Shown here: one piece after another, positions 1 through 10,295 of the stretch
How positions within the stretch are numbered: position 1 is the stretch's first letter
Layout of the letters: every line of letters starts with the position of its first letter
Assembly (NCBI GenBank): GCA_013239625.1
Contig: MU053652.1
Span: forward strand, 8,021,027 to 8,085,026
Direction of reading: 5' to 3'
Source of the DNA: Lama guanicoe
Taxonomy: Eukaryota
Length of the DNA: 64,000 bases
Notes under the pieces: generated by a model
Databases searched by the model: none
What the model was told of the DNA's origin: nothing
The model's input: only the letters and a program-made list of their open reading frames with translations
Made by a program: the position numbers and the translations under genes

Positions 1-49
1 ATGGGAGTAGCTGGGGTGGGGGGGGGGGGGCAACCAAGAGCCTACCTAC

Positions 50-322
50 CTTTCCACACTCCCCCAGCCTCTCCTTCTCCAAGAGTTTTTGGGACTCCTT
101 TTCCCAATAGGCCATCAGTGCCTCTCTGCTGAATGTCCCTGTGGGGGTTTTTTCAGTCAGACTCTTTTGCCTCATCCCCACGGGAAGACTGCGATCAGGT
201 TCAATGTCTTCCAGCTCCCTCTCGAGCTCCTTGAGCTCCTCGGCCGACAGGGAAGCGAGGAGCTCGTCCTCGTCGATGGATTCATATTTGCTAAGTCCTC
301 TCCTGTAGCCGAAGGTAGACAT
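50..322 (-). CDS. LMOD2: Leiomodin-2, coding exon 1 (gene continues beyond the window start)
   Basis: Manual translation from ATG at 322 (context GGGACCATGT) gives [91 protein letters not shown], the tropomodulin/leiomodin N-terminal tropomyosin-binding region. Length is 273 nt, ending at the donor AAG|GTAGGT (GT at 49-48). Adjacency to ASB15 matches known mammalian synteny. Confidence 0.97.
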
Positions 323-419
323 GGTCCCGCTTTGTCAGCCCCAAAAGAAACTCGAAGAACCAGGCATTCAAGGCAGCCAGCAGCAGGCAGGGAGGGAAGT
401 GGGCAGGCTGGTCAGCAAC

Positions 420-670
420 TGGTGCTTGCAGTGCCTGCGATAGCCTTTTAAGAGTGGTGATACAGGCTGTGACAATGCAGAGAGGGGTGAAAGCATAGGC
501 TGTTTTAAGCATCAGACGTCAGCTAGACATTGGAACACAAAGAATGTCACATCGGTGGTGGATGGAGGTCTCGGAACCAGTGGGGATTATGAACACACTG
601 GCCAGGGACATATTTAGCTGAGCCTGATAATTGCTCATGAGGACAGGGAGAGAGTGCTTCAGATAGGGGG
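420..670 (-). promoter_or_regulatory. Putative LMOD2 proximal promoter
   Basis: Lies directly upstream of exon 1. Contains TATA-like/1-mismatch CArG CCTTTTAAGA (444-453), MEF2-like CTTAAAACAG (509-500) and WGATAR sites TGATAA (625-630) and AGATAG (661-666). The TSS cannot be determined from sequence. Confidence 0.5.
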
Positions 671-1129
671 TAAGACAGTTCTGACTTTGTATTCAAACAA
701 CCGAGAAATAAAATTTATTCTGAAAATGACTTGCTCCCACCCCCACAGTCATGAAAAGATTCTTTCATTCTCATCTTTCAGGATGAGGGACGAGTACATA
801 TGAGTCTAGTTATTCTGGTTCTCCTAAAAACATACCGTGGGTGGCATATGATGGGAACTGAAGGCTACAATAATATAGAGCCCTTTTCTATTTTCATTGT
901 GTTTTGCAGTTTACAAAGCACTTTAATGTAATTTTTCTGATCATTAGTCTTGTGAGATGACTAACATTAGCCTCCTTTACAGATTCTGGCAGTCCAGGTT
1001 CTGAGAAATTAAGTGAAAAAACTGAAGCGCAGAAGGAGCTTTCTCCACTTCACAAAATGGCTTTCTTCCCCTCACCCTCTGAGTATTAGTAAACAACTAG
1101 ATTTGGAAATAAAACTCCAGAAAGGTAAG

Positions 1130-1325
1130 TAATAATACTGGGTAGGATTTATTAAGAACTGACACTGTGCCAGCCTAGTGCTAAGCACTTTATACCTTTT
1201 ATATCGTTTAATCCCACAGTCCTGTAAGGTGTATATTTTGCTAGTGCAGATTCAGAGAGGTTAAGTCACTAGCCCAGGACCACACAGCTAAGAAGTGGTG
1301 GAGCTAGAATTTGAACCCAGATTTG
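1130..1325. mobile_element. MIR SINE
   Basis: Core motif CAGAGAGGTTAAGTCACTAGCCCAGGACCACACAGCTAAGAAGTGG...GAATTTGAACCCAG. Confidence 0.85.
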
Positions 1326-1534
1326 TGTCTGGGCTGGAAACTGAAGAGACGCTAACTTGAAATAACATATTATGCCCATATTTTTATGAACGTGATAAAA
1401 TGTGTACATAGTTTACAGGATTTGTTAAGTATGTCATTTTAGCATAGAGATATATAAAAATCTGCTAACGTAATTTATATTTGCTTAGAAATATACATTT
1501 ATCAGTACAAGTATAATATATGATACATTCAGCA

Positions 1535-2700
1535 GTTGGTAAATATTTGGGCTGTTCCCAGGTTTGGGTAATTATGAATAATGCTGCTATGAACCTTTAC
1601 CTGCAAGTCTTTGTGTAACAATGTGTTTTCATTTCTCTTGGGTAGACATGCAGTAGTGGAATTGCTGAATTGTGGGGTAACTTTATATTTAACTTTTCAC
1701 CAAACTGCCTGTTTTCCAATGTGGCTGCACCAGTTTGCTTTCCCACCAGCAATGATCAGAGCTCCAGGTTCTCCACATCCTAAATGCTCATCTTTCTGAT
1801 TATCACTATGTTAGTGGGTGTGAACTAGTATCTATTATAGCATTAAATATTATTCCTCTAATAACTAATGATATTGAACATCATTTCATGTGTTTATTAA
1901 CCATCTTATGTCTATTTTGATAAAATACTTATTCATATCTTATGGTCACTTTTAAATTGAGTTGTAAGAGTTCTTTTAATATTCTGGATTTCATCAGATA
2001 TAAGATTTGCAGATATAGTAACCTATAATGAAAAGGAATATATGGATGTTTCAGTCATGTGGATGACTGAAACATTATGCTGTACACCAGAAATTGACAC
2101 AACATTGTAAACTGACTACACTTCAATAAAATAAATAAAAATTTTTCCTTAAACATTTTTTTGCAGATATTTTCTCCTATTCTGTGAATTGTCTGTTGGT
2201 GTCTTTTGAAAAGTGAAAGTATTCAATTTTGATGAAGTCCAGTTTATCAATTTTTTTCTTCTATTGCTTAAGCTTTTGGCATTATAACTAAGAAATCTTT
2301 TCCTAAACCAAGGTCTAAGAGAATTACTCTTAGGTTTTCTTCTAAGAGTTTTACAGCTTTTGTTTTTTATGTTTAGGTCCATTACACATTTTGACTTAAT
2401 GTTTGCATATGTATAAGATAAAGGTCTAAATTCTTTTAGTATACAGATGTCCAATTTTCTTAGTATCTTTAAAAAAAAAGACTATGCCTTCTCCTATTGA
2501 TTTGTACTGGTGACTTTGTGGAAAAGTAACTGGCCATAAATGTAAGAGTTTATTTCTGGATAGTCAATTTTCTTGCATGGATCTGTGTGTCTATTTTCTT
2601 ATGACAGTATCATCTAGTCTTAATTACCATAGCTTTGTAGTAAATACTGAAATCAGGAAGCGTAAATCCTTCAACTTTTTTCTTTTCCAAGAATGTTTAG
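1535..2700 (-). mobile_element. Old L1M (LINE-1) 3' region, interrupted by younger L1 3' ends
   Basis: Typical antisense L1 motifs such as ATTATGAATAATGCTGCTATGAAC, TTTTGATGAAGTCCAGTTTATCAATTTTT and TACCATAGCTTTGTAGTAA. Confidence 0.85.
2017..2159 (+). mobile_element. 5'-truncated young L1 3' end
   Basis: Terminal motif ...ATGCTGTACACCAGAAATTGACACAACATTGTAAACTGACTACACTTCAATAAA; perfect TSD TTTGCAGATAT at 2006-2016 and 2160-2170. Confidence 0.85.
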
Positions 2701-2703
2701 CTA

Positions 2704-2955
2704 ACAAGGATCTATCGTCTAGCATGGGGAAGTATATGCAATATCTTGTAATAACCTACAATGGAAGTGTGTGTGGTGTGTGTGTGAGTGGGGTGTGTGT
2801 GTGTGTGAGTGGGGTGTGTGTGTGTGTGAGTGGTGTGTGTATGTGTGTGTGTATGTGTGTATATATAAATATAAAAAACTGAATCTCTTTGCTCTACACC
2901 TGAAACATTGTAAATCAACTATACTTCAGTTTAAACAAAATTAATTTAAATAAGA
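2704..2955 (+). mobile_element. 5'-truncated L1 3' end carrying a (GT)n tract
   Basis: AACAAGGATCTA...ATAACCTACAATGGAA...ACATTGTAAATCAACTATACTTCA; imperfect TSD GAATGTTTAGCTA / GAATGTTTTGGCTA. Confidence 0.8.
2767..2866. repeat. Compound (GT)n microsatellite with GAGTGG(G) interruptions
   Basis: Direct observation. Confidence 0.95.
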
Positions 2956-3818
2956 GAATGTTTTGGCTATTATGATCTTAACTCATGGTATTCTGCCTCC
3001 CAAAATAGCTATGACTCTTTTCAATGATACTAATGAGAGAGATGATTATGATATTAGGAATGATGAGTTCATTGTTTTTTTATGGCCTCTAGCATATACC
3101 TTTGTGTAACCTTAGTGGTAACACATTTTTTATGTGAAAATAGGTTGGATTTTTGAAAATGACATCACATGATTATATCCAAATTCGATGAGTAAGATGA
3201 ATTATTCAGCTGAATATTGACATTTTAGGTTTTAAAAGATGAATGATAATGACAACTATATAAAAACCTATGTGCTTTTGAAAAAGAGATTAAAAAAAAT
3301 GTAAAAGATAGTGCTAGTTCCTTTCTTCAACAATTATATATTGGGCGCATATGATACATTGACCACTGTACAAAGTTTGAGGTATATAATTATGTACAAA
3401 AAATAGTGAAGGTGTGTTTTATTCTCTTTCTCATGTTTGTCATTTTTCTGTAACATTTTAATATTATTTTTATTTGACAACTTGTTAAACACACACGACC
3501 TGTCAGATTCTAGTTTAAGTGCTGGAGTTAGAGCAGTGAAGGAAGCCAACCACGTCCCTTTCTTCGTGGAGCTCACAATGTTGTTGCGGGGACAGACAAC
3601 ATGTAAATAAACAAGTAAATATAGAACATATCAGACAGAAGCTCAAAGAAACAGACCAGGGTCAAAGGGAAGAAAGTGGATTGTGAGGGCAATACTTCAT
3701 GTAGGGAAGATCTCTGGTTTAATAAGGTGACATCTGCGCACAGACCGGAGAAGCAAAGGCTTGATGCAAATTATAATACACAATTAATGTGAGTATAAAA
3801 TAATTACCCAGATATTAT

Positions 3819-4070
3819 CAGAATCACAGATTCTCAGCTTGCAAAGGGACTTTGAAATATATCCATCCTCTATCACGTCTCTAAGTGGTCATCTAGTGTT
3901 TGCTTGAACACTTTCAGTGAAAATTGTAGATTGCCAAAAACTCATTCTACTGTTGGATGGCTGAAATCATTAGAAAATTCTTGTTTCTATTGTGTTGAAA
4001 CTGATCCCCTGAAAAAATCGCTTTCCATATATTTTAGTTTTCTCACTGGAATAACCCAGAATAAATACAG
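3819..4070 (-). mobile_element. CR1/L3 3' end fragment
   Basis: AGAATCACAGA...GAAAGGGAC-like start, TTGCTTGAACACTTTCAGTG and CATTAGAAAATTCTT motifs resemble the CR1/L3 3' end. Confidence 0.55.
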
Positions 4071-5334
4071 TCTCATGTGAGTTTGTTCTCCCAAATCTTG
4101 GGTGGCCCATGAATGACTCTGAAAATAACTCTGGAAGAGGAGATGTTAAAGTGTTTTGCTCTGTGGCAGCAACACTGAAAGAAAAAAACTACAGCCTCTC
4201 AAGGACATTAGCTTAAGAGGAATGGTCATTCAGATATCCTAGTGTATAGGTTAAAAATCACTCTGATTACGATAATAGTCACAACTCATGGGTGCCCTTA
4301 ATTCATTGGATCCCTCTTTAAGTTTTCTCCACAGACTTTAAATCCACTGGATAATATTCTGCTGAGTAATTAAAGATCACCACCTGACACTGACCAGGAA
4401 ATCTAAGTATGATTTAGATTTCCTTGCAACCTTGTCTACATCGAGGGAAAAAAAATCCAATCATATGTGTTCTGAGCATCAACATTTTCTATTTGGGGAT
4501 TTTCACTTGATCAGATTGTGTTTTTGAGTGGAACTGCTTTTAGAGTCAACAATACTATTGTGCTACTAACAAGCCTTCTGAAGATTCACATTTTCTCTTA
4601 AAAAAAAATCTCCATCTTGAAGAGAATTATGTTCAGGCTTCTTGGTTGTCAGTCAGATGCACGCTGTTTCCCAGGACATCGGCAATTCCCTTTTTAGTGA
4701 AAAACAAGTTTTCTTTCAATCTTCTTTGTTTTTTTTCCTTTGGTTCCCTCTTGAAAATGCTATTATGTGTTTCTTTCTTCAACACTCATTTACCAAATAC
4801 CTGGTGTGTGTACAGTTCCTGTGCTGGAAGCTGGGATTACAAGCAGAAAAATAGAAATTGATCTAGTCCCTGCCCTCAGGAGCTCCTACTCCTGGGACAG
4901 AGGCAGACAGCTGACAGTAACAAAGTGCAGTGGCGGCTCCGCCAAGGTGCCAACAAGAGCAGAGAAGTGGAATAAATATAGATGAAAAAGCAACGCAGCC
5001 CACGTGGGTAGAGTTGGAGAAGACACAGAAGCCATAGAGGTTCAGGCAGAGAAAGCAGCCTCTGAGTAAATGCACAAGAATATGAAAATAAACACATAAA
5101 CAAAAATCCAGGCACTACTTGGCATACAGAGGGGGAGTAGGTGGAGCTAGGCAGAAACTGGCCCTGGTTCTTACCTCCCCTCCAACTCCTTTTTTTTTTT
5201 TTTGTACCCTGCATATGGTAGATGCATAGCGATGTGGACTATTTACTTGAAGGGCCATGTTAAGGAATTTTGGACTTTATCATCTGATGCTAAGTAGAAG
5301 TCTCTAACGTTATCCCATAGCCACAATTTACTTT

Positions 5335-5541
5335 CTTTTTTTTAACTAAAGTACTACGTTGTGTTAATTTCCAGTGTACAACATAGTGATTCAGTTATAC
5401 GTACATATATATGTTCCTTTTCATATTCTTTTTCATTATAGGCTATTACAAAGCATTGAATATAGTTCCCTGTGCTATACAGTAGGGTCTTGTTTATCTA
5501 TTTTATATATAGTAGTCAGTATCTGCAAATCCAGAACTTCC
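5335..5541 (-). mobile_element. Young L1 3' end (antisense)
   Basis: GTGTACAACATAGTGATTCAG...ATATAGTTCCCTGTGCTATACAGTAGG; CACAATTTA is repeated on both flanks. Confidence 0.85.
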
Positions 5542-7015
5542 ACACAATTTATCTTCTTAAATACAGGCAACAATATTTAAGTATTTATCCCAGCAAGTGT
5601 CCCGGTGTTAATGGAGACCCAAGAAGAGCAAAAGCCATCAGCACGTCCCAAAATCGGCAGTACTAGCCCTGCCATCAGATCTGGTATTTCAATAAGTAGT
5701 ATATACAGGCAGTGATCAGAGACATCCTAACTCCACTTGTAAATAATAACTGCTTCAGCCTAAAGCTTGATATGCAGAAGACTCTCTCTGCCTACAGGTG
5801 AGTTTCTTAGCTTGTAGTTTATGTACTCTTGGCTCTTAATGTTCAGAAATGTTGAGAGGTTTTTACCAATTGTTCCTTTGTTTTCTTTAGTAACCCCCAC
5901 ATTTCAGGAAGAATTTCATAGTTTCAGGAATTGTTCATATTTCAAAATATTTGTATAGGCATTTCTTATTTATAACTGCAAAGCTGAATTAAATGAATGT
6001 ATTATATGAGTATATTTAATAACATTTTCATTTACCCCGGTTCCTCAGCTTTATTCTGCCATAAGCACTTGTCACTCACAGATTTAATCTGCGTAGTTTC
6101 AGTGATTTGAAAGGAACCTCAAAGGGCCAAGGTTTCCAGTGACATGTAATATTACTGAGCTACAATTTGTATCCTTAAACTGAAGAATGTTTTGTGAAAC
6201 TATTGAGAAAAACTTCATCAGAGGTTCTCACTGGTACCGAAAACTCAAACTTGCTCCAAAGCAGTAACTTGGTTTCCTCTTTCCGCCTCCCCCAGCCCGC
6301 AGTTTTCACATTTCTGAAAACAGTGTCCTCATCCACCCAGCTGTGGAGCCAGTTCCTTCTCTCACCAACACTGTCACGTTAAGTCCCAAGGTCTTGAATC
6401 CTGCTTCTTGTCAGACCATCCCCCCTGGTCTCAACTTGAGTCTCACCTCCGGTTCTTGTTTTCTTTGATGACTGACATCTTCCCCTTTGTCACAATACAG
6501 CCACAGTTAATTTTTTGAACACACAAATCTCATCGGGTCATTCTCTGCCTAAAACCCTCACATGGCATCCGTGTTCTTCAGGCAGAATCTTTCACTGTGC
6601 CCTCTGGCCCCTCCAGGGTCAGGCGCTGCTCACCTCTGAAGCCGCAACGTGGATCACTTCCTCCAACCCTCACCCTCAGCCGCACTGGGCTTCTCACACC
6701 CACACTGGCCCCCTCCCTCCCCCCAAGCCACTGCGCATGCGCTGCGGTACCTCTGCTGCTTCCGTCTTCTCAGGTGCTCCACTGATGCTCCAGGTCAGTT
6801 TAGTTCTCCCGGATCCCACAAACCTCCATTCACGAAGCATCCCACTTGGGATTGCTTGGCTTGAATTTGTCTTCACAGGAAAGGCATTTTTTCCAAAGGA
6901 AGGGGCCCTGTCTGTCCATTCGCCGTCCCCAAGTCCTAGCTTAACTACCGGGTGTCCAGGAAGTCTGTTTAAAAAAAAAAATAAAAAATAAAAAAACACA
7001 GGATGATTTGCAGTG

Positions 7016-7290
7016 CAGGCACGGGTAGATCTAGGCCTCATAAAGCCTGGAGATTTTACAGTGTTGGGGAGCGTCTTTAAGAATAATAATATAGAGTCAC
7101 TATTCTGTACACCAGAAAGTAACACACTGTGAATAGACTATACTTCAATTAAAAAAAAAAAGAATCATAAAAAATTATAAGTACGAAATTAGTTATGAGA
7201 TTGTATTCAAAACAATAATAAAATCACGATAAACCACTAGGTCTTAGGTGGTTTGAACTTTCTACTGAAGCAGCTTACCAGAAATGCTTA
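7016..7290. mobile_element. hAT-like non-autonomous DNA transposon relic with a tiny L1 3' end (about 7090-7160) nested inside
   Basis: The start resembles hAT-Tip100 MER ends (recalled). The insert TTCTGTACACCAGAAAGTAACACACTGTGAATAGACTATACTTCAATT(A)n is flanked by AAGAATAATAA / AAGAATCATAA. Confidence 0.5.
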
Positions 7291-8308
7291 TAGAGAAATG
7301 CTACCTAATTGTAACCCGGCTTCCCAGCTCCCTGCTGCACCCCACTCCTCCTGGGACCCCCAACACTCACAGGGGTCCGGAAGATCCTGCTTCATGACTT
7401 CTGCCTCTGAGTGTGGCCCCCAAACTAACGAATTTGCCCTACTAGTCACTACGTGTTCATATCTCATGATGACATTTTTGTTCATTTCATGTATACCTTT
7501 CTGTTTTAAACTGTCCTCAATTTGTTGCTAAGGAAACATGAAAATCATATGCCCTAGTGTCAAGTGCAAAATTGGGAAACTGGAAATTCTTTCATTTTCG
7601 CAAATTTCAAGTGTCTATCTACTGTTAACAAGTTATTCCTAACTTTCGCCTTCCCTCTACCCTTGCTTTTTTTTTTTTTAACCTGTTTCCCATGCACACA
7701 GAAGGATTTGGGTTTTCAACGTTTCCTGCTGGCGGCTGGTTATCAGGCTGTTGACTAATGGAATGACCCCTAAGGAAGCTAAGCTTCCGACTTCACTCAG
7801 TCTGTCTGAGGGAGCTTCTCAGGTAGCTGGAGACGGGCTCTCGGGGGAATGTCAGGCAAAGGTCAGGCTATGCATGAACAACAAGCAAACAGGCCACAGG
7901 GATCAGATGAGAACTGGCAATCCCCTTATCAAGTCTTCTCTCTCAGGCTTGGCAGCCAAGCAAATCTCCCAGCTATGCCAGCCTGTGGTTGTGAGCATGA
8001 GTCAAATTTAAAATTATTGGAGCTATTTATAAAAATAAAATCTTGCCATTGTATAAGGTTTATAGTTTACAAAATGCTCTTACGTACAATGTGCCAGGCA
8101 GTCTAACGTAGTAATACGATCTCCATTTAATACTTGTGTGTAGCTGCCACCTACTGCGTATGAGGCAACCCTTAATGAAATAGATACTATGACTTCCATT
8201 TTGCAAAGGGTGAAAATGGGTTCTGAGGTTCTGAGAGGTTAAAAAGTCTCCTTAGGTATACCTAGCTGAGAAGTGATAATTAGAGTTATGTTCTCTATGT
8301 CCAAGCTG

Positions 8309-8396
8309 CTTTTTTTTTCCTGATAGAAGTACTGGGGATTGAACCCAGGACCTTGTGCATACTAGCCATGCATTCTACCACTGAGCTATCCCCCCT
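8309..8396 (-). mobile_element. tRNA-Ala-derived SINE (camelid Vic-1-like), head plus A tail
   Basis: Reverse complement reads GGGGGGATAGCTCAGTGGTAGAATGCATGGCTAGTATGCACAAGGTCCTGGGTTCAATCCCCAGTAC followed by an A-run; pol III A and B boxes are present. Confidence 0.85.
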
Positions 8397-9839
8397 CCAC
8401 CAACCTTCTTCTCATACTGAGATTTTCTAGTTTGTCCTTTCAAAACATACCAAAGTAAAAGAGAGGTGGGATGAAAGAAAATTTTATTAGAGCATCTATT
8501 GCTTTGCCTTGTGTGGAGTAGTTTTAGTTATCCTTTACTGAACTAAATCAAACATGTGAAAATGAGCCCCATGCAAGAAAATGGAAAGATAAACTGATAA
8601 TGTTAAAATTGTAAAGCCAAAAGAGTGATTTCCAGGAAAAATTCAAAAGTGAGGAAAGAATAGCTGAATTTCATTCATCTGGCCTTCCGTCTCATACGGC
8701 AGATCATAAATATGGAATTCCACTTACAAAACAGGGAGCAGATTTGGTATAGATCATATGAAGTCCTAATAAAGGGAATTTTACTTGGGTGAGCTGGAGG
8801 GGCTGAGGCTTTTGTTCATTTCAGCAATTAGTTTAGTTGTAACCCCAAGTGTTGATATTCCGACTGTGCACAGATTTGCTCACTGTGGTCCTAGGAAGAA
8901 TCATGCGGAGGGTCAGCACCCAAGAAGTGGATCTTTTCCCTGGGAGGGGTCCCTCCTTGGGTTTATGACAACTGTCACTTGAGAAAACTCCTGTCCTGAA
9001 GGAAAGTGGTAACTAGAAGGGCTGAACAGCTGAGATCCTGCAGTGAAGAGGGGCTAGAAAGGTAAATTCAGTGCCAAAGGCCAGGAACATGGGGACTCGG
9101 TGTGCCCAATGATGGAACAGTCAGTGCTGGAGAGCTGGTGTCTGGTTACTGAGCTTTTTCACTGGCAAATTTATCCGGAAAATTGAAGGCCCTGGAGTTC
9201 CTCCCTGACCTTTCCTTCTATAGTTCCCCTGTGTTCTGGAGATTCACAGCTTTTTGAAAATTTGACTCTCTGATTTCCCCTGGAATGCCGTCCTTCCCCA
9301 CCCACCCTGCCCCAGGTTTCTCCTGGTTCTCCTCTCCACTGCACCCCCAGGGAATCAGAGCTGGGTTTCAAGGGTGTGACAAGGGTCCCATCTCACAGTA
9401 ACTTGATTCCTCATCAGTGTATGCTCTCAGTAGGATAGGAAAGCTTCATTTTTAGCTCTCCAATCTGTGTGTTTCTGTGTGTTTTGTAAATAATAATCAT
9501 AATAACAATAATCATAATAATAAAAGTTGGGCACGTCATATTGCAGCCAGCATGAAAATGGCAGAGGTTGGCAGAGCTGGCTGCGATTGTCTGGGTTTGG
9601 GGGCTGGTGAGATTGGTGAAGGCAGCAGGCACGGTGCTGCCCTTGAACACTATGTCACCATCTGCTTGTAATTGGTCTTATCGGCAGAACAAAACCACTA
9701 AATCATGTGCTGCCGGCACCGGGACCAAGCGCTTCCCTCTGAGCCAGATGATTCCTTTGTTGAGCCGGGCTGCCTCAGTGAGCTTGTAACCATGCGGCCA
9801 ACTGTCAGCAAGAGATACACTCCTCCTGCTCTTTTTTTT

Positions 9840-10295
9840 TTTAAGGGATTTAGTCAGATGTAATTCACATTCCGTAAAATTCAACTCAACTTGAAGTGTC
9901 AAGTTCAATGATCCTTTCCTTAAATGTACCAAATTGTGCAACCATCCCCATAATCCAATTTTAGAACGCTTCTCGTATCTCAGAAAGATCCCTGTGCCCA
10001 TTTGCCTTCAAGCTTTGTTCCCACCCCCTACCAAGCCCCAGGCAACCAACCACTCATCTGTTTTCTGTCTGTGTAGTAGCCTTGTCTGGGTGTTTTATAT
10101 AAATGGACTCATGTAGTAGTGTTCCTTTCTGTCTGTCTTCTTCCACTTAACATAATGCTTTGGAGATCCATCCATGTTGTACCATGTTGCCAAATAGTAT
10201 TCCATGGTGAACATGGGCCATATTGTGTTTATCCATTCACCACTTGGTGAACATTTGAATTGTTCCCACTTTGGGGCTATTCAGAATGATGATGC
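9840..10295 (-). mobile_element. Old L1M 3' UTR fragment
   Basis: TTGTGCAACCATC...CCAATTTTAGAAC, CCCCAGGCAACC, TTTATCCATTCACC...TTTGGGGCTATT. Confidence 0.85.

Noticed and set aside
89..451. 120-aa plus-strand ORF (and the 291..512 minus ORF)
   Set aside because: The plus ORF is the antisense shadow of LMOD2 exon 1 with a non-ATG start; the minus ORF is an out-of-frame UTR ORF. Neither has recognisable protein features.
2577..2918. Cys/Val-rich and His/Thr-rich ORFs
   Set aside because: Translations of the (GT)n microsatellite inside an L1 fragment.
6515..7125. 158-aa and 143-aa overlapping ORFs
   Set aside because: Non-ATG starts in C-rich, repeat-derived DNA; no domain signature or convincing splice context.
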